A DNA stretch of 37,377 nucleotides, taken from the sequence record SRR31156797_3142. One strand, 5' to 3'. A model generated the notes under the pieces. That model made no database searches and was not told where the DNA came from. It saw only the letters and a program-made list of their open reading frames with translations. Numbering within the stretch: the first letter of the stretch is position 1; every line of letters begins with the position of its first letter. A program made the position numbers and the translations under genes. Below, in pieces: positions 27,089 to 37,000 of the stretch.

Positions 27089-28141
27089 TTAAGGCATCAT
27101 CGGAGCAAGAGATAAACCTCTGATTTCATCAAAACCAAGCATCAAATTGGCATTGGCAACAGCCTGCCCGGAAGCACCGCGACAGAGATTATCGATTGCG
27201 GCAAGAATAATCAGTCGTCCCGTCCTCTCATCAGGAACAACAGCCACATCACAAAACATGGTTCCACGCACCCAGCGGGTTTCCGGAAATTGCCCTTCGG
27301 GAAGGAAACGGATCATCTTTTCTTCGCCGTAAGCCTTTTCATAGACAGCACGGATATCTGCGGCAGTTACACCCGGTTTCAGCTTGGTATAGATGGTGGA
27401 AAGAATACCGCGATCTATGGGCAGCAGATGGGTGTTAAAAGAGACAGTCATATCTTCGCCGGATGCAACCGAAAGTTCCTGCTCAATTTCAGGGGTGTGA
27501 CGATGAGTGGTCAGACCGTAAGCGCGGAAAGAGTCCGCAACTTCGCAAAAAAGGGTTCCCACGGCAGCTTTACGCCCTGCTCCGCTGGTACCGGATTTGG
27601 CATCGATGACAATATCAGAGGTTTCCACCAGACCTTCACGCAAAGCCGGAGTAAGCCCGACAATGACGGAAGTTGGGTAACACCCGGGGTTGGCAACCAG
27701 CTTGGCACCTTTGACTTGATCACGATAAAATTCAGGTAAACCGTAAACAGCTTCAGGGAGCAGATCTTCGCGGGTGTGGTCCACCTTATACCATTCTTCG
27801 TAAGTTTCGCGGTCACGAATCCTGAAGTCGGCACTGAGGTCCACAACCTTGATGCCTTTATCATAAAGCTGGCCGCCGATGTTCATGGCGGTCTTGTGCG
27901 GAACAGCCAGAAAAACAAGATCACAGGCTTCGGCAAGGTCTTCCACATCCGGAGCGGTAATCTCAAGACCGCCAAGCTCCATGCCGTTAAGGAAAGGATA
28001 AATATCAGCCAGCTTTTTCCCGGCTTCGGCACGGGAAGTCACCCGGACAAGCTTCATCCCGTCATGATTGCTCAAAATACGGGTAAGTTCCATCCCGGTG
28101 TATCCGGTTACTCCTACAAGTCCTACAGCTACAGCACTCAT
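27089..28141 (-). CDS. argC: N-acetyl-gamma-glutamyl-phosphate reductase
   Basis: GVTGYTGMEL, VFLAVPH, VDLSADFR, AVYGLPE, ANPGCYPT, SGTSGAGR, HRHTPEI, IDNLCRGASGQA; start ATG 28141 after AAGGA. Confidence 0.97.
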   Translation of the reverse strand: MSAVAVGLVGVTGYTGMELTRILSNHDGMKLVRVTSRAEAGKKLADIYPFLNGMELGGLEITAPDVEDLAEACDLVFLAVPHKTAMNIGGQLYDKGIKVVDLSADFRIRDRETYEEWYKVDHTREDLLPEAVYGLPEFYRDQVKGAKLVANPGCYPTSVIVGLTPALREGLVETSDIVIDAKSGTSGAGRKAAVGTLFCEVADSFRAYGLTTHRHTPEIEQELSVASGEDMTVSFNTHLLPIDRGILSTIYTKLKPGVTAADIRAVYEKAYGEEKMIRFLPEGQFPETRWVRGTMFCDVAVVPDERTGRLIILAAIDNLCRGASGQAVANANLMLGFDEIRGLSLAPMMP

Positions 28142-28169
28142 AATTATCCATCCTTGCGATAAATATTTT

Positions 28170-28196
28170 AAGAAAAGGGCGCGACTGAGCGCGCCC
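28170..28196 (-). terminator. Terminator-like hairpin between DUF1844 and argC
   Basis: Minus strand GGGCGCG-CTCAGT-CGCGCCC-TTTTCTT. Confidence 0.55.
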
Positions 28197-28259
28197 GGAA
28201 TGATCGGTATATAAAGGCATGCCCGCTTGGAGCACAAAGGAAATGTCGAAAAGGGTCGG

Positions 28260-28562
28260 CTATTTCTGGGTCTTTTGCACGTATTTCATGCGCAGATTGT
28301 AAAGCATCTCACAGAGGAGTCGTTCTTCATCTTCGGTCATACCGTTTTTGATCTTATCTTCAAGCACAGCAAGAACATCAATGGACTGCTTGGCAAGCAC
28401 CGGAGAAAAATCAATTTTCCCAGTGGAAGGATCTGCCACTTCACCCAGATGAACCATAGCTGAAGAACTCATGGACATGACAAAAGTAGAAAAATTAACC
28501 TCTGGGATAGGCATATCCTTGGCATATTCACTGCCGCAACCGCATTTTTTATCATCAGACAT
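28260..28562 (-). CDS. DUF1844 family protein
   Basis: PEVNFSTFVMSMSSSAMVHLGEVADP..AKQSIDVLAVLEDKIKNGMTEDEERLL..LYNLRMKYV; AAGGAG RBS. Confidence 0.85.
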   Translation of the reverse strand: MSDDKKCGCGSEYAKDMPIPEVNFSTFVMSMSSSAMVHLGEVADPSTGKIDFSPVLAKQSIDVLAVLEDKIKNGMTEDEERLLCEMLYNLRMKYVQKTQK

Positions 28563-28630
28563 AATTGAACTCCTTAAATAATCTGCCGGATTCTAAAAAT
28601 ATTAGCCGCAAGATTCAAGTAATTTAATAA

Positions 28631-31285
28631 TTAATGCGCTTGAGCCCAATTGCGCCCCAAACCTAAGTCTACCTTCAGTGGTACAGCCAAAGTAGCTACA
28701 GTCTGCATATCCTGTTGCAAGAGCTTACCGATTGCCTCGATATTCTCTTCCGGGCCTTCAACTAAAAGTTCATCATGAATCTGCAGGATCAACCTACCGC
28801 CTAGATGCTTGATTTCGTCATTATCAGCCACCTTGATCATGGCCATCTTAATAATATCCGCAGCACTGCCCTGAATAACAGTGTTGATAGCCTGCCTGCG
28901 AGCCTGTGATAAAACCTGCGGGCTGGTAGAATGGAGTTCCGGCAGCAGACGGCGACGTCCGGAAAGGGTAGTCACGTAGCCCTTCTCACGTCCCTGCTCC
29001 ACTACGGAATCGTAAAAATCTTTAAGCACATCCAGCTTTTCAAAATACTTGGCGATAAATTCCTTAGCCTCGTTAATTTTGATACCCAATTCGCGGGAAA
29101 GCTTCTGCGGTCCCATGCCGTAGATCAGACCAAAGTTAATAGTCTTAGCATTGCGCCGCTCATCGGAAGTAACATCCGCCGAGTCACGGTCAAAGAGAAG
29201 CGCCGCTGTACGGGAGTGGATATCCTCGTCATGCTCAAAGGCGGAAACAAGAGCCGGATCACCCGAGAAATGAGCCAACACGCGCAGTTCAACCTGCGAA
29301 TAGTCTGCTGCAGCAAGACGGAGCCCCTCTCCGGCAGTAAAACAGGCTCGCATACGCTTACCCTGCTCCCCGCGAATGGGGATATTCTGCAGGTTGGGCC
29401 CGGAACTGGAAAGACGTCCGGTGGCTGTTGCCAACTGGTTAAAATTGGTATGGATACGTCCGTTAGCGTTGACCAGCTTGGGCAAAGGCTCGAGATATGT
29501 GGAACGCAGCTTTTCCATTTTCCGGTATTCAAGAATATCGGTAATAATTTCATGCTGCCCGGACAATTTCTCAAGCACGGAGTTGGCAGTTGAAAGAGCT
29601 CCTTTAGGAGTCTTGCCGCCCGGCTTAAGACCGAGGGTTTCAAACAGAACCGTCGCCATCTGCTGGCTGGAGCGGATGTTAAAAGGCTCACCGGCCCGCT
29701 CGTGGATGGTGCGGGTAAGTTCGTTAATACGTTCATTTACCTCGGAAAGAAAATCAACAAAGGCATCCAGATCGATAGTAATTCCGGCCTTTTCCATGTC
29801 CGCAAGCACAGGGATAAGCGGTATTTCAAGATTGGCGGTCAACTCATCAAGACCTGCGGACTTAACCCGCGGGCCAAGCACATGCATAAGCGCAAGTGCG
29901 GCCAGTCCCTGTGCATCAGGATGAACCTCATCCACAGCATCAGGAAGCTCCTCCCCGGAAAAAAGCATAGCCCGCAGACGGTCCCAAGCATAGTTGCGTT
30001 CTTCAGGGTTGAGCAGGTAAGCAGCAAGGCTTAAATCGAACCAGCGGGAAAGCTGAATCTGCCCCCAGGCTTCATCAGCCCGCAAAAAAGATTTTACATC
30101 AGCCACAACAATTGTCTTCGCTGATTGCAGTCCGACGACAAGTTCAGCCGGAGTGACCTTACACATCCATTCACCACCGTCCAGCCCGATGAAAAACAGA
30201 CTACCCTCGCGCACCAAACCGACTTCCTTATCTGTGAAATCAGGAAGTTCAGCTACGGAAGAGACTTTCTTCAGCTCCAAACGACTCTCAGGAGCAGCAG
30301 GGGCCGGAGTTTCTTCCCCGAAGAGGGAAAGCTGTCCGGAAGCGGATTTCTTGGGCTTGGCTGCCGGCGCCGCAGCAGACGAGGTTGAACCTGTGACTGC
30401 GGGGAATAATGCTTTCACATCACGTTCAAGGGAACGGAATTCATAAGTGGTCATAAACTCCGCAGCCCGCTCCGGGTCCGGTGTGCGAAGTGTACATGCA
30501 TTGATGTCACAGTCAGCGCAACTATCCAGCCGCATGCGGGTCAACTGTCGATAAACGAAAATATTTTCCAGCTCATCCTTCATCTTCTTCTGAATGGCTG
30601 GCTTGAGCTTGTCATAATTATCGCGGATTTCTTCAAGAGTGGGAAACTCAGCCATAATCTTAGTGGCGGTAACCTTCCCTACACCCGGCACACCGGGAAT
30701 ATTATCAGCGGAGTCACCCACCAAAGCCTGAAAATCAGCCCACTGTTCCGGCTCCATCTTGGTGTCTTCGCGAAAGTCAGCCAGCGAAGTGAGCTTTTCC
30801 TTGCGACCTGCAGGGTCCCACATGAAAACATTTTCATCAAGGCACTGCTTAAGATCCTTATCCGCACCAAGAATAACCACCGGACGTTCGGACTTGTAGC
30901 GGGCAGCAAGAGAGGCAATACAATCATCAGCCTCTTCACCTTCGGACACGATAAGCGGCACACCAAGAACGTTCAGAGCCTCCTTAAGCGGCTCAATCTG
31001 GGAACGCAGGTCGTCAGGCATAGGCGGACGCTGGGCCTTGTACTGATCATAAAGCTCGTGGCGGAAATTCTTGCCTTTGCCATCAAGCATAAAAACGAGA
31101 TATTTGGGTTTCTCTTCTTTTATGATCTTAAGCAGAACCCGGAGCACAAAAAACAGAGCGTTAGTGGGTACACCGTCTGAACGCTTGAGGTCCGGGTAAG
31201 CGTGAAAACCGCGGTAAAAAAAAGCTGAACCGTCAATCAGGTACAGGGGATCGCCATCAAAATTCAATTTATCTCTGAGTGCCAT
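28631..31285 (-). CDS. polA: DNA polymerase I
   Basis: 5'-3' exonuclease (LIDGS, EADDCI, DKDL, GDSADNIPGVPGVG) and polymerase motifs (TATGRLSS, ADYSQVELR, AKTINFGLIYG, QGSAADIIK, LQIHDELL). Confidence 0.98.
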   Translation of the reverse strand: MALRDKLNFDGDPLYLIDGSAFFYRGFHAYPDLKRSDGVPTNALFFVLRVLLKIIKEEKPKYLVFMLDGKGKNFRHELYDQYKAQRPPMPDDLRSQIEPLKEALNVLGVPLIVSEGEEADDCIASLAARYKSERPVVILGADKDLKQCLDENVFMWDPAGRKEKLTSLADFREDTKMEPEQWADFQALVGDSADNIPGVPGVGKVTATKIMAEFPTLEEIRDNYDKLKPAIQKKMKDELENIFVYRQLTRMRLDSCADCDINACTLRTPDPERAAEFMTTYEFRSLERDVKALFPAVTGSTSSAAAPAAKPKKSASGQLSLFGEETPAPAAPESRLELKKVSSVAELPDFTDKEVGLVREGSLFFIGLDGGEWMCKVTPAELVVGLQSAKTIVVADVKSFLRADEAWGQIQLSRWFDLSLAAYLLNPEERNYAWDRLRAMLFSGEELPDAVDEVHPDAQGLAALALMHVLGPRVKSAGLDELTANLEIPLIPVLADMEKAGITIDLDAFVDFLSEVNERINELTRTIHERAGEPFNIRSSQQMATVLFETLGLKPGGKTPKGALSTANSVLEKLSGQHEIITDILEYRKMEKLRSTYLEPLPKLVNANGRIHTNFNQLATATGRLSSSGPNLQNIPIRGEQGKRMRACFTAGEGLRLAAADYSQVELRVLAHFSGDPALVSAFEHDEDIHSRTAALLFDRDSADVTSDERRNAKTINFGLIYGMGPQKLSRELGIKINEAKEFIAKYFEKLDVLKDFYDSVVEQGREKGYVTTLSGRRRLLPELHSTSPQVLSQARRQAINTVIQGSAADIIKMAMIKVADNDEIKHLGGRLILQIHDELLVEGPEENIEAIGKLLQQDMQTVATLAVPLKVDLGLGRNWAQAH

Positions 31286-31332
31286 TATATGCCTTCGGGT
31301 TCAAACCCTGCAATTATGTGATTGAGAAGGGA

Positions 31333-32325
31333 TCAGATGCGCTTTACGGACTTTTTGCCCTTGGTCAGCTTCTTGAGCACAAAGGATTCCGGGTCGGCTC
31401 CTTCAAGCGCTTCCAACTTGATCTCGGCCCGCGCAGCGGCTTTGTGCCCACCTGCGGAACCTATCTCATTGAAAAGCTTAGCTGCCATTTTGCCCATATC
31501 CTTGCGCATGCCGTCACCACGGAAAATGACAACAAGGGTATCCTCGTAGATGCCGGAAACAACATCCCACGAAACACCATGAACGCGCATAAGAAAATCA
31601 GCAAGGATAACCAGAGTATCCGGGTTTTCTACCTTGCCGATATGAGAAAAAAGACCGGGTCCGATTCGGCGCAGATTGTAAAAAGCGCGGGAAAAGTAAC
31701 GTAGCCAGTCTGGATGGATTTCACTGCGGGTAATACGCTTAATGAGATCCATATCCGCATATTTGGTCAGATATCTGAAAGCCTTGACGTCATCGTCAAT
31801 AAAGGGGCGTTCAAAGCTCTGGGTATCGGTCTTGATACCGTAAAGAAGTGCGGTAGCCAGCAATTTGGCCGGACGAATATTCAAGTTGTAAAGATACTCG
31901 GTCATCATGGTGCAGTTAGCTGCATACTTGGGACGGATGTCCACATACTCCGCATGGGGATATGGCTCCTCCGGCAGAGGATGATGATCGATTATCACGG
32001 AAAATTTCAAATCCTCGAAATCGGGATGGTGATGCGGCTGAGAATCGAGAATCGCGAACCTGTCATACTGGGCCACAAGGGTGGGAATCATCCGCTGGGC
32101 CGGGATACGCAGGTAATGCATCATGGCAAGGTTATCGAGACGCTTGACCTCGTTGATGTGGGCAATACCCACTTCAGCAACCCTGCGCCCGATTATACGT
32201 TTGAAAGCCATTGCCGAAGCCAATGAATCCGGGTCGGCATTGACCACTACCAGCCAACGCTCATCCTTTTTGCAAAGGGCAAGCAAATCCTGAAGCTGAT
32301 CTTCAAGCTGTTTAAAATAAGCCAT
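31333..32325 (-). CDS. DHH/DHHA1 family phosphoesterase (NrnA-like)
   Basis: NADPDSLAS, ILDSQ, IIDHH, GIKTDT, SAGGHKAAA; starts 2 nt after the cobU stop. Confidence 0.92.
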   Translation of the reverse strand: MAYFKQLEDQLQDLLALCKKDERWLVVVNADPDSLASAMAFKRIIGRRVAEVGIAHINEVKRLDNLAMMHYLRIPAQRMIPTLVAQYDRFAILDSQPHHHPDFEDLKFSVIIDHHPLPEEPYPHAEYVDIRPKYAANCTMMTEYLYNLNIRPAKLLATALLYGIKTDTQSFERPFIDDDVKAFRYLTKYADMDLIKRITRSEIHPDWLRYFSRAFYNLRRIGPGLFSHIGKVENPDTLVILADFLMRVHGVSWDVVSGIYEDTLVVIFRGDGMRKDMGKMAAKLFNEIGSAGGHKAAARAEIKLEALEGADPESFVLKKLTKGKKSVKRI

Positions 32326-32327
32326 AG

Positions 32328-32834
32328 CTACTTCTTCAGGGTCAGGGGCAACCCTGCGGCCACAAGATAAACTTCATCTGCGATTGCGGCCATTGTACGG
32401 TTGAGCGATCCGAGCTTGCGAACAAAACTGCGGACTTCACGTGTCATTGCCAACGGGCCGAGCCCCACCTCACATGACACTAAAACAACATCCGGCCCTT
32501 TCCATTCAGATAAAAGCCGGACAACCTCCCCGATCTGCTGCTCCCCATCCGCTACTTCGGAACAGGAAAACAACCAAAAATCCAGACTGTCCACCAACAG
32601 GTGATCGTATTCTTCTCTAGCCCTGTTCAACACCTGACGCAAGTCCGCACCGGCTTCAAGAACCGGAATGGACGGATCACGCTCCAGCCGATGATCCATA
32701 ATCTGCTTCCGGAAAGCCATATCACGGGCCTTCCCGGTAGCAACGAAACACTTTCGGCCGGAATATTCTGCAAACAGGTCGAGGGCGTAGTCTGATTTTC
32801 CCGACTTATTGCCCCCCAGCACAAATGTAATCAA
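32328..32834 (-). CDS. cobU: Bifunctional adenosylcobinamide kinase / adenosylcobinamide-phosphate guanylyltransferase (CobU/CobP)
   Basis: FVLGGNKSGKS P-loop, FVATG, IMDHRLER, LVDSLDFWL, VSCEVGLG, ADEVYLVAAGLP; likely TTG start at 32834 after AGGAG. Confidence 0.9.
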   Translation of the reverse strand: MITFVLGGNKSGKSDYALDLFAEYSGRKCFVATGKARDMAFRKQIMDHRLERDPSIPVLEAGADLRQVLNRAREEYDHLLVDSLDFWLFSCSEVADGEQQIGEVVRLLSEWKGPDVVLVSCEVGLGPLAMTREVRSFVRKLGSLNRTMAAIADEVYLVAAGLPLTLKK

Positions 32835-32934
32835 GATTTCTCCTAGGTACATGAGTACAAAAGAACGGGAAAACTATCTTTACGTACTCTATTTCCAGCA
32901 AAGACTGCAACCACAAGAAAAATTTCACAAGGTT

Positions 32935-33708
32935 TTACTTTATTTTTCTAATCGTACAATAATCACTCAATAATTGCAGTGAGTTAAAAAAGGATTTCTC
33001 CTCAAACACCTCTACAGTGACCGTGCCGCCCTTGCTAAGTTTTTCAAACAAAACACCAAGAGTTTCAACTCCATCACTATCAAGATGCTCCAATCCCAGA
33101 TGACGTCCCTTAGGCCCCGGAGCATTAAGATGCAACATGGAGACCTGCCCATCAAGACCGGCATCACGCAAGAGGTCATGTTGTCCGTAAGCCAGTATGT
33201 GACCTAGATCAAGGCATATTTTCATCTCACAAGCGGCAATAACTCGAGTAAGGCCAAGCAGAGAATTCTCTTTTATATTCTCAAACAGGATAGCTTCAGG
33301 GCTTATCTCACTGCGGGAAATTACTGCCGCAAAATCCCGAATCAAACATGCTGCTTCAGGTCCTGCGGACGGAGGATGGACAACATGAGCCGAAGGGTTT
33401 AGATGCACAGCTTTTTCATTGAGTGCCAGCACAGTTTCAGCCACCTTCACCCCTCCTTTTTCCCAAGGAAGATCAAGGGGATGGTGAATGTGAAAAGCCA
33501 ACCCGGTATCAGTCAATTCTTGCGGCAGATCAGCTTCCGTATAATCGAGGCAGGATTTTGTCTCAAAAAAAAGTAATGCCACCTCATCAACTTTACCGGC
33601 CAGAAAACGACAATTCTCAGCAATTGTACCCGGAATTACCCATGAAGGCGCCGATACTTGAAAATGAAAATCAATACTATTCAAAAAATTGGCCATTTTT
33701 GCCGCCAT
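32935..33708 (-). CDS. cbiR: AP-endonuclease-2/xylose-isomerase-like TIM-barrel protein, probable cobamide-remodelling phosphodiesterase CbiR
   Basis: Metal-binding pattern DEVALLFFE, HIHHPLD, HVVHP, LFEN, ICLDLGH, MLHL, RHLGL, TVEVF; located directly upstream of cobU, as described for cbiR loci. The start could be 33708 or 33696. Confidence 0.7.
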   Translation of the reverse strand: MAAKMANFLNSIDFHFQVSAPSWVIPGTIAENCRFLAGKVDEVALLFFETKSCLDYTEADLPQELTDTGLAFHIHHPLDLPWEKGGVKVAETVLALNEKAVHLNPSAHVVHPPSAGPEAACLIRDFAAVISRSEISPEAILFENIKENSLLGLTRVIAACEMKICLDLGHILAYGQHDLLRDAGLDGQVSMLHLNAPGPKGRHLGLEHLDSDGVETLGVLFEKLSKGGTVTVEVFEEKSFFNSLQLLSDYCTIRKIK

Positions 33709-33780
33709 TCATTCATTAAACCTATAATACGCACTTCGCTAATTATTCCAACACACCGAACCGCAAATTCTTTTTATATA

Positions 33781-33796
33781 CGGCATAAGTATTGCT
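33781..33796 (+). promoter_or_regulatory. Sigma-54 (-24/-12) promoter of the small ORF
   Basis: CGGCATAAGTATTGCT: GG 33782-33783, 10 nt, GC 33794-33795; 40 nt upstream of ATG 33836. Confidence 0.7.
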
Positions 33797-33835
33797 TAAA
33801 ATTAAGTAGATTCAATTATGTCGGGAGAAATAAAA

Positions 33836-33982
33836 ATGAAACGGGTCAGGAACTTTTTCCAGCATCACTTCAACCCATTGCACATTTTCTGCAGGCTCAG
33901 AGGCGCAGGTTTGAGCGCTATGGCCGCAAGAAGAATGTCAATGGTTTACGAAAAGGTGGTTTACAAGGTTTTTCTGTTGTAA
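33836..33982 (+). CDS. Small basic protein, 48 aa (MKRVRNFFQHHFNPLHIFCRLRGAGLSAMAARRMSMVYEKVVYKVFLL), not in the ORF track
   Basis: Translated by hand; GGGAG at 33823-33827 lies 8 nt before the ATG, TAA at 33980-33982, sigma-54 promoter upstream, fills an otherwise empty gap. Confidence 0.7.
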   Translation: MKRVRNFFQHHFNPLHIFCRLRGAGLSAMAARRMSMVYEKVVYKVFLL

Positions 33983-34033
33983 CTTAGAAAACCTTACCCA
34001 CTCTTATTCATCAACACGGGATGAAAGGAACAG

Positions 34034-37000
34034 CTACATATCCAAAAGGCTAATCTTCTTTTCCTTCTGAACCTTTCGTGCAACCATCGCCGATTTCTTC
34101 ACCTCTTCAGGAAGATTTTTCAAAAACCTCGAAACTGGCAACATCAAGGTCCGGCCATACAAAGGCCTCCTGACCGCATGGGACATGTAAAGATTCTTCT
34201 TAGCCCGAGTCATACCCACATAAAGGAGCCTGCGTTCCTCTTCAGTATCTCCCTGCACCAGAGGACCGTCTCCGGAAATCTTCCCGGTCAAAAGATCCGG
34301 TCCCGCAAAAGGCACAATGCCGTCATCAAGTCCGGCCAGAAACACAGCCTCGAACTCAAGCCCCTTTGCGGCATGCATGGACATTATGCGCACTTTCTCA
34401 GCCTTGTTGCGCACCTGATCCAAATCATTCTGCATATGTATCCAGTTCAGCAGACCGGACCAACCGCCATGCTCCTTGTATCCCTTGACCATGTCCCGGA
34501 AAGGCTTACTCTCCCAGAACAGCTGGTCAAAAGGCGGCATATCGCTCAGGTAGGCGGAAAGCCCCAGCGGTCCCCGGGCAATAACTTTCTCCGGAACTTC
34601 CGGGACTTCGTCATCTGCATCTTCGGCAAAACCGAGCATCCTGCGAGCTGCGGCAAGCAGCACTTCCACCCGTGAGTCATGCCAAAAAGACTCGGCCTCC
34701 GGCACACTGCAAGGAATTCCCTGCCGCTTGAGCATAGCCTCAATGGGACCGATCAATGCTTTGAAGCGGACCAGTACCGCAATATCACCGGGACTTAAAG
34801 TTCCGTGTTCACCAGCATCCACAAGGCTGTGGCTGGTGGCTCCAATGAGTTGCTTGATGCGCTCTCCGATCCACGAGGCCTCGCGCCCGCTGTCCGGAGC
34901 GGAAAAAAGATGGAGATCAGCTTCATAATTACGATGGGCCTTAAGTTGCGCAGGATTCTCCAGCACCGATACTGAAGCATCCAGCACTCCCTGTGCTGAG
35001 CGGTAGTTATCCTCAAGAGTTATCTGAATCAAATTTTCCCAGAAAGCGCGAAACCGGTTTGCCACATTCCCGGCAGCACCGCGAAAACCGTAAATGGATT
35101 GGTCTGGATCACCGATGGCAAAAAGCCCTTCCCCGTCATCCCCGACCAAACGCTGAACAATTGCCAGCTGTAGAGGTGAAAGATCCTGCACCTCATCCAC
35201 CAGCACGTGGGTGAAGGTACGCACATACTTGTCTGACTTCAACTCGGAAAGCCAGAACTCCAGCAGATCGGTATAATCCACCAGATTGTACTGATCCTTC
35301 TGACGGGTATAATTAGCTAAAATTTCAGCAGGCCCATCACTTAAAGATTTCATGGTCTCACGGGCAAGACTGATGGATTCCCATGCAGATTTAAGCTTTG
35401 CGCCATTCAGTTCAGGGTTTGCCCGTCCGAAGACCCTGCGTGCAGTCTCTTCATTAAGTATAATCGGGTCGTGATCAAAAGCCGAAGCCCAGTATTCAAG
35501 AGCTAAAGCATGCAAGGTATCCGCACGGGGCAAAACTTCGTCATCGCCGAGCATATTACGTATACGCTCATTCATTTCCGCGGCAGCCTTACGGGTAAAG
35601 GTCAACGAAAGAATACGCCGCGCCCGGGTTCCCCTTTCCAACAAATGCTTGATACGCCCCATGAGAGTCTGGGTTTTACCTGTTCCCGGTCCGGCAATGA
35701 CCAGCACGGGGTCCGGTCCGGCTTCCACTGCCTGTTTCTGGGCTTCGTTAAACCTTACCACTCCGGTTTCCTGCTCCGGTTCGGATGTTTTACGGACCTC
35801 GGCCTCTGGCTTGGGATCATCAAGATCGCCCTTGGGTTTGCGGACCACTACAAGCTTAACTCCGTTGACAATCTCATCGCGTTCCTGTGCGGAAAAAACG
35901 GAAATGGTCCCGTACTGCCCGTCAAAGCCTGGGTTACGGATGACCTGTCCCTCGCGCATGCGGCGGATACCCTCAGCAAGGTGCACATTGTGCAGTTTGA
36001 GATCCTCAACCGGAACCTGTTGCAGGATAGAAAATTCTGAGCCGAACTCTTTAATCAACGGGGCATAGACGCCGAGCACTTTCTTGGTCTTGGGTCCGGT
36101 GCCCACAATCTCGGAAATAATTTCCTTGAGCGGGACCAGAGAATCGAAACCGGGCTGTCCCTTGGGCTGTTGTGCTTCCTCACGATCGGCAAGCTCCATA
36201 ACCCTCGAATAAACTCCCATGGTCAAAGGCTTACCGCAAACAGGACAAATCCCACCACGCATCTTTGACTCATGCGGGTCAAGCATGATGCCGCACTTGC
36301 GGTGCCCATCCATATGGTATTTGCCCTCTTCCGGGAAAAATTCAATAGTACCCATGAATTTATGCCCCAGCCCTTCACCCCGCAAAGCACGGTAAATTCC
36401 TTCATAGGACATATTGCCGCTAAAAATATTCGCCTCGCGGCCCAGATTTTCGCCGGAATGGGCATCGGAATTGGAAACCATGCGGTATTTATCCAGCGCG
36501 GAGATAAACCAGTTCATCTCAGGGTCCGAGGAAAGTCCGGTTTCCATGGCAAAAATTTCAGAAGCCAGATCGCCATAGCATTCCTCAACCGTATCAAAGC
36601 CGGATTTGGCGCCAAAGAGCGAGAACCACGGGGTCCAGATATGAGCGGGGATGAGAAAAGCTTTGTCGTGAGTTTCAAGGACGATTTCAAGAAGGTCTTT
36701 GCTGTCCAGACCGAGAATCGGTCTGCCATCGGAATTGAGGTTGCCGATAGTATCCAGCTTGGCGTTGAATTTCTTAACCGACTCAATGTCGGGCATGTAG
36801 ACTAGGTTATGAACTTTGCGGGTTTTGCCGTATTTTTTGTAGATGGAACTGATTTCGGTCTGGAGCATGAAGCGTGTCTGTCCGGCAAGTGGCCCATCCA
36901 CCCAATCGATGGATTCCTCCAGACCCTGCGGGTCGCGTAGCGAAAGCAACCCGGAGCCGTCCTCCACCAATTGCTCTTCGATCTCGGCCAACCATTCGGG

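Noticed and set aside
33658-33987. 109-aa + strand ORF from the track
   Set aside because: It overlaps the cbiR start and has no RBS; the 48-aa ORF in another frame has the RBS and the promoter.
33709-34033. Cobalamin riboswitch upstream of cbiR-cobU
   Set aside because: No B12-box or GGGAA..GCCCCCGC..GCCACTG-type core on the minus strand; the space is taken by the small divergent gene.
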